From the NCBI GenBank assembly GCA_020137815.1, contig CM035350.1, positions 7,874,001-7,938,000 of the forward strand: DNA of 64,000 nt, in the 5' to 3' direction. A model generated the notes under the pieces. That model saw nothing but the letters and a program-made list of their open reading frames with translations. It did not search any database and was not told the origin of the DNA. The DNA comes from Hormiphora californensis. Lineage: Eukaryota > Animalia > Ctenophora. This document shows positions 50,701-64,000 of this stretch, in pieces. The position numbers and the translations under genes are program-made. Numbering within the stretch: the first letter of the stretch is position 1; every line of letters starts with the position of its first letter.

Positions 50701-53700
50701 AAAGTACAAACCCCTCTACCTCTAGATACCAATACAAACCCCTCTACCTCTAGATACCAGTACAAACCCTTTACCTCTAGATACCAGTACAAAACCCTTT
50801 ACCTCTAGATGCCAGTACAAACCCCTCTACCTCTAGATACCAGTACAAAACCCTCTACCTCTAGATACCAGTACAAACCCCTCTACCTCTAGATGCCAGT
50901 ACAAACCCCTCTACCTCTAGATACCAGTACAAACCCCTCTACCTCTAGATACCAGTACAAACCCCTCTACCTCTAGATACCAGTACAAAACCCTCTACCT
51001 CTAGATACCAGTACAAACCCCTCTACCTCTAGATGCCAGTACAAACCCCTCTACCTCTAGATACCAGTACAAACCCCTCTACCTCTAGATACCAGTACAA
51101 ACCCCTCTACCTCTAGATACCAGTACAAACCCCTCTACCTCTAGATGCCAGTACAAACCCCTCTACCTCTAGATACCAGTACAAACCCCTCTACCTCTAG
51201 ATACCAGTACAAACCCCTCTACCTCTAGATACCAGTACAAACCCCTCTACCTCTAGATGCCAGTACAAACCCCTCTACCTCTAGATACCAGTACAAACCC
51301 CTCTACCTCTAGATACCAGTACAAACCCCTCTACCTCTAGATACCAGTACAAACCCCTCTACCTCTAGATACCAGTACAAACCCCTCTACCTCTAGATAC
51401 CAGTACAAACCCCTCTACCTCTAGATGCCAGTACAAACCCCTCTACCTCTAGATACCAGTACAAACCCCTCTACCTCTAGATACCAGTACAAACCCCTCT
51501 ACCTCTAGATACCAGTACAAACCCCTCTACCTCTAGATGCCAGTACAAACCCCTCTACCTCTAGATACCAGTACAAACCCCTCTACCTCTAGATACCAGT
51601 ACAAACCCCTCTACCTCTAGATACCAGTACAAACCCCTCTACCTCTAGATGCCAGTACAAACCCCTCTACCTCTAGACACCAGTACAAACCCCTCTATCT
51701 CTAGATACCAGTACAAACCCCTCTACCTCTAGATGCCAGTACAAACCCCTCTACCTCGACTAGATGCCAGTACAAACCCCTCTACCTCTAGATACCAGTA
51801 CAAACCCCTCTACCTCTAGATACCAGTACAAACCCCTCTACCTCTAGATGCCAGTACAAACCCCATCTACCTCTAGATACCAGTACAAACCCCTCTACCT
51901 CTAGATGCCAGTACAAACCCCTCTACCTCGACTAGATGCCAGTACAAACCCCCTCTACCTCTAGATACCAGTACAAACCCCTCTACCTCTAGACACCAGT
52001 ACAAACCCCTTTACCTCTAGATGCCAGTACAAACTCCTCTACCTCTAGATACCAGTACAAACCCCTCTATCTCTAGATGCCAGTACAAACCCCTCTACCT
52101 CTAGATGCCAGTACAAACCCCTCTATCTCTAGATACCAGTACAAACCTTTTACCTTTGCATGTCAGTGCAGCATTGAACATACAATTATAAATTATATTA
52201 TCCATAATATAATTTAGATTTTTACCAGTTCCGTACTCACTACTCACCCTAAAACCAGCCTAACCATTATCGTTCCTTCAGCGGAATGGTGTAATACCGA
52301 TGCGTGCAACGAGTACTCCGCCCGATTGAATTGTTTCGCGTGTGATGCCGACGTAACTGATATTGATACCCTGTGTGATGCAAAAGATACTACTGCCTTC
52401 TGTGGAGTTGCTGAGCAGTGTGCTTCAGTCTTCTACATGGCGTAAGTATTATAGCAGGGGTACGTGGTGCGGTAGGAGCTGCAACTAAATTTGAAATGAT
52501 AATTTATAGAACATACCATGAATCATATCTTACTATAGTAAAAGCAAAAATGTCCTCAAACATCAGACATCATAATATGCACTTGGAAATAGTGACACAG
52601 TTTCCATGGATCTGGGTATCTCTATTATAATTTGGAGATGTCGCGTGATGGTCTTTCGTTCAGTGCGTTTCTACGCGACAGACTGCTCCTTCATAAAACA
52701 CTTCATATGACCAAAGCTGTTACTCACAGTTTTGGAACTTTCAGTCAGTGGAAGTTTATTAATATTTTCGAATGCCTTTTAACATGCCAGTCCCCATAGT
52801 TACCAATTCAGTTGCCATGGCAACCGTGTTGAAAGGGGCGAAAAGAACCACCAGGCGAAGCCGGGTGGGTTATCAAAAAGCCCTTACTTGAGCGCACCCA
52901 ATGGGTGCGCTAGTCTAAACTAAGATCATATCTTTACAGTGAGGAAGGGTAGAATATTGCACGTGCAACTCAAGTACTGTTTTCACATCACCTTGCGTGT
53001 GCTTGCTCCCATCCTGACTTCACCCTACGACACCACCATCTGCACCATTATCCACCAATTGGTTACGAAGTCACCCGTATTATTGATACATCCGTGTATA
53101 TCCATTAGGGTCACCACACACCAAAGTTAAAATTAAAATTAAAATTTGACGTTTTTGGTCATAACTCTGCCGTTTCTTGGCAAAATTGCTTCTTTTTGGG
53201 CTCATTTGAAAGAGGGCATCGAGCCCGTTCTGAAGAGCTCAAGAAACTTAAAATCGGTGCAGAGTGCGCGGCGTTAAGGCGCATAATGCGCGCGTTAAAA
53301 TTTTAAAATTTTAACGCACACATTTTGCACTGTAACGCCGCACACTTTGCGCAGATTTCAAGTTTCTTGAGCTGTTCAGAACGGGCTCGATGCCCTCTTT
53401 CCAACAAGCCCAAAATGAGGCAATTTTGCCAAGAAATGGCAGAGTTATGACCAAAAACGTCAAATTTTAATTTTAATTTTAACTTTGGTGTGTGGTGACC
53501 CCTAGCTATTATAGCGCAAAGGAGTAATTTCATTACCAAACCAATACCCAAGAAGGAAGGCCCTACTGCATATACCTGTCACCCAAGTTCAAGGCAGTCA
53601 ATTACAATTAGGCATCACATCCCATGTATCCAATCCCGTCCGTAGGGCGGGAATTTCCGCTTGTATTTCTAACCCATGGAACTACCCTACAGGGCAGATA

Positions 53701-54011
53701 AAGCACATAACACAAGGATGTGTAAGGTAAAATCTGACCCCAAGGAATGGGAATGTGCAGACAAGGAGAAACAAAGTGGATGTGGTAAGTGTGATACTAA
53801 TAATACTATAGCTCAGGGAGACTGCAAAACACAAAGTTTACCGTTTAGTACTGTAACAGTTGATTAAAATCACGCACACTCACATGATCACTGCCTTGTT
53901 TCAGGAATCAAGTTCTGCAACGAAGAAAAGTGTACAGATTACAGCTCAAGCATGTCCGCTGCCATCGCTCTTCCCCTGCTCTTGGTGGCCATTGTTAACG
54001 CATACTTCTAA
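47705..54011 (+). CDS. Two-domain Ly6/uPAR (three-finger)-like GPI-anchored protein, 217 aa; exons 47705-47792, 50124-50199, 50326-50456, 52282-52441, 53693-53784, 53905-54011
   Basis: All splice phases are compatible and the total is 654 nt. Signal peptide; domain 1 LNCPKC..CYS..KGC..WCNTDACN; domain 2 LNCFAC..CAS..RMC..FCNEEKC; SSS plus a hydrophobic C-terminus (GPI signal). Confidence 0.85.
47856..48914. mobile_element. Intronic MITE hosting a nested element
   Basis: Imperfect TIRs TAGGTTAGCGACTGGCTATTTGAAATGGCGGCTA / TAGCCGCCATTTCAAATAGCAAGTCGCTACCCTA. Confidence 0.75.
47963..48801. mobile_element. Nested TIR element with poly-G/poly-C termini, 8-bp TSD
   Basis: G-run+CCGGCTGAAGTTTTTGAAG and its reverse complement; AGTCAAAC at 47955-47962 and 48802-48809. 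Confidence 0.85.
50468..52155. repeat. 28-bp minisatellite (TACCAGTACAAACCCCTCTACCTCTAGA)n, ~60 units, in intron 3 of the Ly6-like gene
   Basis: Direct reading. Confidence 0.95.
52811..52824. promoter_or_regulatory. Perfect palindromic RFX X-box motif (intronic)
   Basis: GTTGCCATGGCAAC matches the RFX consensus; function unshown. Confidence 0.35.
53106..53504. mobile_element. ~400-bp fully palindromic MITE
   Basis: TAGGGTCACCACACACCAAAG... / ...CTTTGGTGTGTGGTGACCCCTA; the arms meet at TTAAAATTTTAAAATTTTAA. Confidence 0.8.
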
Positions 54012-54525
54012 CTGAACATGGAAGTGTTGATGCAGGACACGAGGTGCTGTTGAACCGAATCCGGAAGAGTTGATATTATGAACTGAACTCTTCTGCTAGA
54101 CGTCTTATATTATCATTGTATTGTCCATATAGGTGTTCTTTTACCAATTCCTAAAACATTCTTTAAATTCTCTAGATAGGAATATACTTGCAAAATCAAA
54201 TTGTTTTCATTCTCTCCCCCTTTCTCACTCTCACACTCTCACACTCCCGCTAATGTTATAATGTATGTCAATGTGATCTGATATGATCTCTTTCTCAGTT
54301 CCCACATTTCAAAATTTTATCAAAATTGAGAAAGGGAGGAGCTTAGCGCCATATAATAGTTACCTATACCCGGGCGATATTATATGCGGTTTGCTCAGCG
54401 TGTGGCTTAGTGGCTAATGTGGCTAAGTAACCCAAAAAAAACAGATACCGCTATTATGTTGAGGGTTCCAAAACTTCCTGTCATCAGATAAGATCACCCA
54501 CCCATGGATCAAATGCCTCTATTGA

Positions 54526-54696
<171 letters not shown>

Positions 54697-54732
54697 AGAG
54701 AGAGAGATGAGGAGAGAGAGAGATAGAGAGAT

Positions 54733-54827
<95 letters not shown>

Positions 54828-55333
54828 GACAGAGACAGAGAGAGAAAGAGAGAGAGACAGAGAGAGACAGTAATAGTAACTTACTCGTGAATCTCCGGAA
54901 GATTTTGCGGGCATGCAGGAAGGGAGGGAGAGGGTGGGACATAACACTCCAAGGTGCTAGTGTGATTACTACTCATTAACGATACCTCACTTAGCGCATA
55001 ATTGTCAAACCTGAAATAATGTGATTTATTTTAATTGCAGAAAATCGATTTCTTGTTGAGTAACTCAACAATCGATTTCAGGGTTAGTGACGCAGTCACC
55101 CCTACACTAGCAGTCACCTCTACACTAGCAGTCACCCCTACACTAGCAGTCACCCCTACACTAGCCGCGTATAGCGCGGCTAAACGAAACCTGCGGGTTT
55201 AGCCGTTTGCCCCCCCCCCCCCTCGGCCCTCCCTCCCTACCATAATGAAATATTCAGCGATTCTACAATTATTGGATGCAGCACACCTATAAGATGCAAC
55301 ACCTATAAGATGCATCATTATTATTAGTGATTA

Positions 55334-55753
55334 TTAGTGAAAACCTATAATAATGGTAAACGCTAAAACTAACTTCTTCTGTAGCTCATAGACAGTCTGC
55401 TCGAAGTAGAGTCTCTTCTTTACGTACTCCCGTGCTCCTCCTAGCAGGATAACGGAACAAGAAAGAGGACCAACTGCACCAGCGTCACGTGCCGCTTGGA
55501 CAAGAGTTGATGCCATGGCGTCGCTGAGCAACTGATAAACCCGGTCTACCGTGAGAGTCTCTATCGGGTCAGAAAACAATTCCGCCCAGTCGAGTTGGTC
55601 AGAGGCGGCGCAACCCTGCGAGAACCAGATATTAGGTGGGGGTACGGAAGGAGTTACTATGTTGCAACATCTAGTAAGAAACAAGGGAGTTTAATGAAAA
55701 ATGTGGATTACAACAGTGATACAACAGGTTAAATGCGCTACCGAGCAATCTGC

Positions 55754-55798
<45 letters not shown>

Positions 55799-58700
55799 GA
55801 TAGAAAAAGATAGAAAAAAGATAGGATGGTGTAATTGACGGGCCCTCGATCACTGACACTCTGCTCTGTCTGTCTAGAATTTATCATTGATTCATATATA
55901 TTAGGCGTGATTCAGCGTAACGCTGGGCAGGCACGGGGGTTGCAATTGTCACAATATAGAGAGTTCTGCTGCACCGTAACCACGATTGCACCTCCTCCGA
56001 TCCAGCTAGGGTCTCCTGGACCAAATCTTCAGGCCTCCTTCTCAGCCCCTTTATCCCCTCTATCAGATTTTTCAGCTTTTTCATTGCCACCCTTCTCTGC
56101 CTCTTTGTCTCTGTGCTCCGCGAACTTCTTCGCCAACATTGTTGTAGCCATTTTGATGAGCGTGTTAAACTTTACCAGCACCACGTTTTTCTGTTACACG
56201 AGTTACAATATAGTACCGGGCCAGAGGCGCCCATGGGGAAAGGGGTTCGTGGGTCCTTCCCATCCCCATATATATGGAATAAAGTCGGATTTTTTGAAGT
56301 TGTCACCCCCCCCCTTTTCACGCACAGCGTCGTATTTGTGCGTGACAGCCCCCACTCGAGCTCTCACTTTTCGGCAAAAAGCCACATTATATCATCGGAA
56401 AGAGCATAATTTTCCGTCCGTAAAGTTTTTGTTTGACGAAATTGGTCAAGAAACAATTACCGTAAGTTGGGGTAACTTTGTACCACTTTTTAGCATTCTC
56501 CTAAAATAACTCCTTGCCAGAACCACACTCGAAAATTTTTGAACCAAATAATCCCGTTCCAGACCTAGTACACCAGATATAACTAGTGAAATTTTTGGTC
56601 CCCTCTCATTTAATTACATTAATTAGCGTGTATTTTAGTGTAAGTGGGGTTTTAGGGCATGGGGTAACTTTGGAATGAGGGTGGGGGTAACTTTGGACAA
56701 CCCGTCCAAAGTTACCCCAAGATAGTAAATATTGGAACAAACATAAATCCGAACATTTTGCAATGATAAATAAATGAACCTAAAATGTTTAAATGGGGTT
56801 TAAATGGGTCAATAAATTAAAAAAGAACAATAGGGTTAGCCAAACGCCCCATGATTTAAAAAAACATTTGTTGATGTCGGCTCAACTTTTTTGGGTGTGA
56901 GGAATGATGAAACTAGCCACCAAATAAAATTTCAGCTTCAATCGGACTTGATTTAGAGGTTGCCACATTCCGACCTGAAACCCATCAAAACTTCAGTAAT
57001 TTGGGGTCCCCTCATCCATCCTGTAGTTTGGTAGATGGTATTGGCCCTATAGTTCTTTTTGCTGAATTGGATAGACAGGCCTAGTGTTCTACTTATAATG
57101 GGGTACTACGGCTACACATAAAGTGATTTGCTTTTTGGCTATCACCCCCTCTGTGCTCCTGCATAGATTTTCTACAAGACCGAGAACACTCCCATGCTCC
57201 CTTACTTCATAGCCCCCTTTCTCTCAGCTACCCATCTCACCATAACTAAGCTACCCCTAGGATGATGAGGAAACTTGCCCAGCGCGACTTTAGAGTTTGT
57301 ATTGGTTTTTCAGGCGGGATTTTCTGTATTTAGCTCCATAAAATAGTTTTTTCAAAAATCGTAGTTTTTTTTTCCACTAACCTATCGAATAAGATGGATG
57401 GAAAAATGGGCTGTGTGCTGGGGCTGAATCTAGGGTATATGGCCCTAAACACATGCCGAGAGGTCCTACCCCGTACACGCGGCTCTCTCTAACTGGCCCT
57501 CTCGTTTCCTAACCCCTGTCGTGCCTCTTCACTATCTGCCTTCGTCCAACAGAGACATCAAAATTCCAAACCTGTAGTGTGGGGTAAACTTTGGCAACCA
57601 ACCCCGTCAAGTTACCCCCAAATTCAAAAATGGCTATGGGGTAAACACATTGCCACCCCTATTAGCTCAATTCAAGTAATTGAATCGGTTTTGAAAAATG
57701 GTTGCCCCAACCAATTATTTTGAATTCCTAAAACCCTTCCAACCTCTTAACTGGAGACTACAGCTGTGATGTCGGACCTGTCCATTTATCTCCTAGCACC
57801 GGTCAAAGCTAAACGGATCCCCATTTTGGATTTGATACATTTTCAAGCGATTTTGCATCACTATGTTTGCCCCAAATTAGGTCCAGCTAATTATCATAGA
57901 ATTGAAAATACTAATTTTGACCCGTTAGTTCTAGACATTTGTAAGTTAATTTACTTTGTACAAAACTACGACCCAAAATTATGCCAAATCTGGTCGTTAT
58001 CTGGGTTGGAATTTTTGTTCATAAAAAAAAAAATCTCCAAATTTTTGAAAGTGTCCAAAGTCTACCCCTGCAAACAAAGTTACCCCAGATTACGGTATAT
58101 AAAAGGCGTGAGAGCCAAAACAAGTTTCCGGCGTGTAAATAAAAAATCGTGCCGCCACCACGGCCCGGGGGGTGACAACTTCAAAAAATCCGACTTTATA
58201 ATATGATCCCTCTCCTCAAAGTTTTGGCTATAATCGATTACCTCACTCTCGTTATCTGGTACCATAGAGCTTTCCATTGAATCGTCCCCGAAATCAGACA
58301 CAAGTGCATCATAGTCCAATGTTGATGTTTGGGAAATTGCATCATCCTGGTGAAGATTTATTATTATTTATGACAAAACAACATCTATACCATGTATACA
58401 GCTAAACAATATATAATGTTGTAATCACTCACATCATTTTCACCGGGAAGTGTTGTAAAGATGTGAAGCAGTTTCCTCAGACTAGGTCGAAGGATGGAGG
58501 AGCACATGTTGCACGCCTCAACCTCTCCAATGTACTTCAGAAAGGTACTGTTTACTGAAACAAGTGTAATACCCCGTGTGTTATCTTGTGAATCTGGTGA
58601 AGGATTCTCACTACACACCATCTATACGTTTGTCTCATATAAGACCGTCCTCTCCGCACCGGGCCGAAGGCCCGGTGCGGCTACGTGAGGCCGCGATGTA

Positions 58701-61700
58701 CAGTCAGTGTCTGACAACTATACGTATACTACACAGATCGTTACCCAAGACTGACCTAGAAAGATAAACTCATCCGATCTGGCTATCTCCACAGTGGCAC
58801 AGAAGGGTTTCTGAGAAAGGCAGTGGCGAAAGGGAGGGGTTAATCCACCACCGTGGAAACCAAGGCTTTGTACCGGTAATGTAGATTACCCACCTTTCAT
58901 CACCTAAGAGAGAAGATTAGATAGGAGAGAGAGAAGAGAGAGAGAGGCTCTATCTAGATAGAGCTAGGCTACTATTTCTCGATAGCTATATAGAGCTCTC
59001 CTTCTCTTCTCTCGCTCCGCTCTCTATTCTCTCTCGATCGCGCTTCGCTTCTATCTTGTCTTTCTAGCCACTCGCTCTCTCTCTCTCTCCTTCTCGCTCT
59101 TCTCTCTCTCGCTCGCTCTCTCGCTCTCTACCCCCCTCTCTCTCTCTCTCCTTCTCTTCCCCTCCCAGACAGTTCATTTGGTGTCCCCGACCGGGCACAG
59201 CCACACTTCTAAAACGGCTTCACTATACTCTATCCACACCTCACTATCGCCCCATCTCCCATCTCCAACCGGCGTTTACGCTCCACCGTCTCCCCTGCAC
59301 GAGTGGTAGACATAGACTTTTCTCTTGGTTCGGCGGTGTTATGCGGGTGGTCCGTCCCTTCTTTTCTCTCCTGGGCAGTCTCCTATGGGTATCAGAGTAG
59401 GGATTCCTGGGGTGGGCGTTGCGATGGGGGGTTCGGCGGGCGGGGCGTGGGACTCACTTTGGAAAATTCGATTTAGGGTGATTATTCCAGCTTCGGCCGG
59501 GGTCCCGCGGAGTCAGGTTGAAAACTACGTGGCTTTTCTGAGCTGTTTTCTGTCCGCCCCCGACATGTTTGTTGAGGCACGATTTAACGGATGATTAGAG
59601 GTCCGGGCGGAACTCTAACTCACCTTTTCGAGTTGTGGGGGCGAAGTGAGTTCTCCTGTCCGCTAAAAAATGTCGAAATTCTACTTTTTGTCCCTGCCCT
59701 GCGCTAAACTCAACAAAGTCTTCACAGACTCTACAGACTCCACTTTCTTTAGACAGGGGGAACACGAGTGTACAGGGAAGGGCGGGGAGACATATGACTT
59801 GTTTGTGTGCCGCAGTGTAACATAGGCGAATTTCCGACCGAGTTTTCTGGTCCGGACTACGTAAACGTCTTGACCTTCAGTACACAGAGAAAAACGGGGC
59901 GGGTGGTGGAATCTGTACAATGTGTCTGGCCGGGCGTACGATTGTGTGCAGAGCAGAGGGTGCATGCAAAGTTCTGGTGAGTTCCGGGGGAGAGAGAGGG
60001 CCTGACAGGAGTGGACAGAGAGTAAAAGAGAGAAGGAAGTGCTGAAGCAGCAAGGGTGGGGACCCACATGAAGATAGGGTTAAAAATCAAAAATTCGGGC
60101 TAGGCGCTGCAAACCTGTAATATTCCAGTCACAGTGGGGGGAAATTCTAAGCGGTCGAGTAGGGATTGGGGGAATGGGTTTCCTCTTCTTTTTAAAAAAA
60201 GGGCGCGGAAGTAGGGTAGAGTCTCTTTTGGTTGAGGTTTGGATGCCGGTGTGACCCATCCTCGCCGGGAACTCGGGCTCCCTCACTGGATAGCATTGAA
60301 GGCGGGAGGGGGGTTGGTGGTGTGTATGGTGGGGAAGGCGGTGGGGCTGGCATGGTCTGAGGTGGGAGGGGGGTGCCGGAGGGGAAGGGCTTCGAAAAAG
60401 TAAGAATCTCATTTTAGAAATAATTGCGAAAATGTGTAATTGGGGTAAATAGGGGGGAGGGGGCTGACACTAAAAATGCGCTGAGAGGTTCAAGGGGGGA
60501 GATGTTAAAGGTCGGGGGGAAAAAAAAAAAAAGAAAATGGGGGCTGAAAAAGAGAGGGCGGGTTATGGGGGAGCTCTTGGAATGGGTTGAGGTCATCGGA
60601 ATTTGTCGCTTAGGGCTCGATGCTGAAAAGGTTGGGAAAAAACGGGGGGGGTCGGGAAAGGAAAAAGATTGGGGTTCGGAGTAAAGAAACCGTACGGAAG
60701 CAGAAGGGGAAAACGGAAAGCGAGGGTGCAGGTAACGAGGGGGAGGGTCCCTTCTCCTCTATATATTTCCAATCCTTCCCCATCACTGGATCTTCTCTTT
60801 TCATCGTTTCAGGGTCACATGGGGTTCTGGGGGGGGTGAGGGGGGGGGTGTGGGGGGGGGGTGGCGGTATATCTCCTCGTCCAATGCTGTCTGTCCAGAC
60901 CAGCAACTAGCAACTGCAGGCTGCGCTGCTCTCTGTAGCCTACTCAGTGACGATTCACCCATATAACCTTGTCTCGCTGGGGCTCTACAATTCTATCCGA
61001 CAAGTCACCTCCCTCTCCTTCCCTTCATCATCACACGGGATACGCCATTTTATTCAATCTTCTCCCCACACGACCCGTTTCTCCTTCTACTATAACCGTT
61101 CACAAAAAAAAGAGCGAGGAAGAGAGATGGAGAAGGAAGAGAGTGGAGAGAATAAAAGAGGCTGGTCATTCACTCGCATTGGTTTTGTATCCTCCCTCTC
61201 TCCAATACATGGTTTTTCACCATCAGCCTATAAGCTATAGCTACCCCCCTATCCTCGACTCCAATCTATCACAAGCGAACCTACATCACTATTGTTGGAA
61301 TCCTTTTCCTCCTCCTTATCGCGACCCATACCACTATGCAACTACTACTCAAGACCTTCTCTCTACTGAGCCGTCCCGATCCTATAATATGATCCATCAG
61401 AATATGAAACTCCTCAATCAATCTTCTCTGTGTTGACTGGAAATTTGGATTTTCTTCATTAGGCCTTTCGGTAAATACTGATCATGGAGAGATGGCAGAA
61501 ATCGAGACGAGACGAGTGGAGTAGTCAGAGAGTAGAGAGAGGTTAGAGTGACGGACGGTAGTTAGAACACGAAGACTAGGAGGTAGTACTGGTGTGTAGT
61601 AAAGATGATGTGAGAGCGAAGAGAGAAACAGATGATACAGAAGGACATAGGGAGTGGAACGCTAACGATATCAGAGTAGAGAAGTAGAATGCAGACTTCG

Positions 61701-63929
61701 AGACAGTAGAAAGAGCGCGGAAGGGAGTGTAGAGAGAGGAAGAGCTGAGGTGAAAAGAGATCGTGAGAATGAGAAGCACTTGAAGGGACCGATTAAGCTA
61801 ATGAACGGGATTGGGAGATGGGTTTTACAGTGTAGACTTATTGTCTAAACTGCACACATACTTTGTTTTCTCTTGTAATAATGATAGCTAGCTTCACAAA
61901 AGACTCAAAAATTTTGTTTTGGAATACCTATTTCGCTTCGGCACGGACAGAAACTCACCTTTCTGACAATCACCATGGTCAAAAATCGACAAGTCCCACC
62001 CTCCTTAATCTTTTCTTTTTCGCGAGCCTTTTCCTGTAGTTTTTTGCAACGTGACACGTTTGTTGGTTTATTCATCCCTATGTGGAGTTCTCCTGTCCTC
62101 GAACCGAAGTCTCGTGACTACAAAACTTTCGAGTTTACGTGTCCGGCATACATCTTTGCCCTATGGTGCACCCTGTTTACAATTTCTTCGAGTATTTTTG
62201 TCCCTACGCTATCGCAACTGTTTCTAGCTTGTGCGCTTCCTCCATAACTAGCACAGCCAAGTTCTCGACATCAGATAAGTAGTGCCAGGTGGGAGACCAT
62301 AAAGTCACCGCATCATTAAAAAAAAGTCGACTTGTAGACGTGTCGGCTCCACATTTTCGGACAATTAACTACTCACTTTCTTATGTGTACTGTCCAGGTA
62401 TGAGTCTTACAGGTCCGTAGAGATGCCTTTAGAACTGCATTTGGCAGCTATCGTATGACTCACTGTTTCACCGCCCCCATATATACGTTCATAATATGTA
62501 AGGAGGGTTAGAACATAACAACAGGTCATAAGGAATTTTATCAGTCATGATTCTTGAACAAATTGTACCTGCCCTGAGGAGGAGACAGCACCACCATGGG
62601 CAATGACTCTCTGCTTCTCAGCCTCATCTGTCACATTATGGTCCTTAGTACAAATCTTTACGGAACAGGATTTACCCACACACTTCCCGTCCTTCCCTCC
62701 CCTACAGATGTAGGTTCTCCGTCAGTGCACACCCATATTCTCCAACGCGGCGGACGACTGCTCCTTGGAGAAGCTTTTTTGGTGGGACTGGCGTTATCGT
62801 TACTTCCTGTAAACATTGTGTTGTTGTTGTGAACTCAACAATAATTAATAGGTTTAAAGGATTGTATTGCTTGAATACAGGTGAAGATCCTCTCACTCTC
62901 TAAGTTTGTAAATGTAGAAATTAGAAAGTAGAAACAGAATCAGCTAGTACTATCAACTAATAGTATTTCATGTTAGTATTACAAGAAGGTGTCACGTCAC
63001 TCTTCAATGTTATACCCGTGTCAGTATTGGATGCATTGGAAGCGGGCCTGGAGGGTGAGATCGTCTGAAAGAGACACACAGTTCCAGTAACCCCACTCCA
63101 TCGTGTCTGGCCCACTTCATCCTGCCCTTGTTTTAACATCACATCCATAGAATGAAAGGCTCTCTTCATGGCTCTCCTGCAGTTTAGGAGGGTGATTAGT
63201 CTTTGATCATAATGGATACCATGAACGTTCAAATTCGATAGATCTAACTTGTAACCCACTTTTCTATATTCACTGGACAGTCCAGTGGACAGCTTTTACC
63301 TGATATCCTGTGCCGATGGGAAGGTATTTCCAGCCAGAACCTCCCTTACTTTTCCCCAGAAGTTTGCTGCAACCAATCGGGCTGATGTGTTCCCCTTGAG
63401 TCCCTCAAACAGGCCACATCCCCACAAAACCCCCTCTCCCCCGTCTGAAAGTGAGGAGCTGGTAGAGTGAAAGTAGTTATACAAACTTTGCAAGCTGTTA
63501 CTACCTACCCTCGGATGTATCAACGGTCATGAAAGATTGTCGGAGTTCCTGGATCACTTCTTCAACGTGGAAAATATTCTCCTGAAGCTGTTCGATCTTC
63601 AGACCAAACCCGAGCGGCGCAGGTGGTTGTGAACACTCTGTAAATACGGGAATTCAAAAGTGGCACTAGATTTTTAGGGCTAAAGCATAAAGTCACGATC
63701 CTTACGACAAGACTAACTGCTATCATCACACTTACCGGTATCGCCGGAAAAGAAGTTAAAGTTTTTGGGTGCCAGTGCCTCGGCCATTTTCTCGAATGCC
63801 GGTGATATGTGCCTCTCTTCAGGAACTTCCTTGAAATCCTTGAAGTATAGCATCTTGAGAGTATCGTATGCCGTTGTTAGCTGAGCAACTCGTGCCCTGT
63901 CTTTGGATAACTCAAGATGCTCAATTTTA
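55334..63929 (-). CDS. PP2D1: PP2C-like domain protein (PP2D1-like), multi-exon, with some apparent indels; 5' end off-window
   Basis: Ordered exon motifs GLFEGLKG, WSGVTGTVCL, ICTKDHN..EKQRVIAHGG, SLGFHG..NPSLRHCLSQKP..DEFIFL and ASTLVQAARDAGAVGPLSCSVILL follow the PP2C fold, and LGFHG is PP2D1-like. Confidence 0.6.
56279..58199. mobile_element. ~1.9-kb non-autonomous TIR element within the PP2D1-like gene
   Basis: TIR ATAAAGTCGGATTTTTTGAAGTTGTCACCCCC and its reverse complement; internal GGGGTAACTTTG repeats; no clear TSD and no transposase. Confidence 0.75.
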
Positions 63930-64000
63930 CTGAAAATATTACGTTGTTATGCCTTTACTATATAATACTGAGTAATGGCATTACTCATCACATTCGAAAA

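Noticed and set aside
55093-55165. 18-bp x4 tandem repeat (also ~26-bp repeats at 360-495)
   Set aside because: Ordinary short tandem repeats with no further structure.

Overview
Eukaryotic (animal) draft-genome window. It has spliced genes with short GT-AG introns, many (GA)n microsatellites, three 100-N gaps and several low-quality stretches. The style suggests a marine invertebrate such as a ctenophore, but that is an inference. Host genes reconstructed by eye: a RhoGAP-domain fragment, DENND6, NAA80/NAT6, AGPS (uninterrupted CDS ending in SKL), an unknown multi-exon gene, a frameshifted SVOP-like MFS transporter, CCDC47, a complete 6-exon two-domain Ly6/uPAR-like GPI-anchored gene and a PP2D1-like PP2C (pseudo)phosphatase. 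The centrepiece is an 11.5-kb Ty3/Gypsy retrovirus-like provirus (35235-46736, minus strand). It has identical 160-bp LTRs, a CTAG target-site duplication, gag, a pol in the +1 frame behind a CUU-UAG shifty stop, a class I fusion (pneumo/paramyxovirus-F-like) env, and an extra intact 533-aa orphan ORF after env. A 923-bp MITE splits the pol tail. Also present: an ORF1-only LINE-derived insert with a 12-bp TSD, several MITE/foldback families, and three minisatellites, one of them an array of RFX X-box-like motifs.
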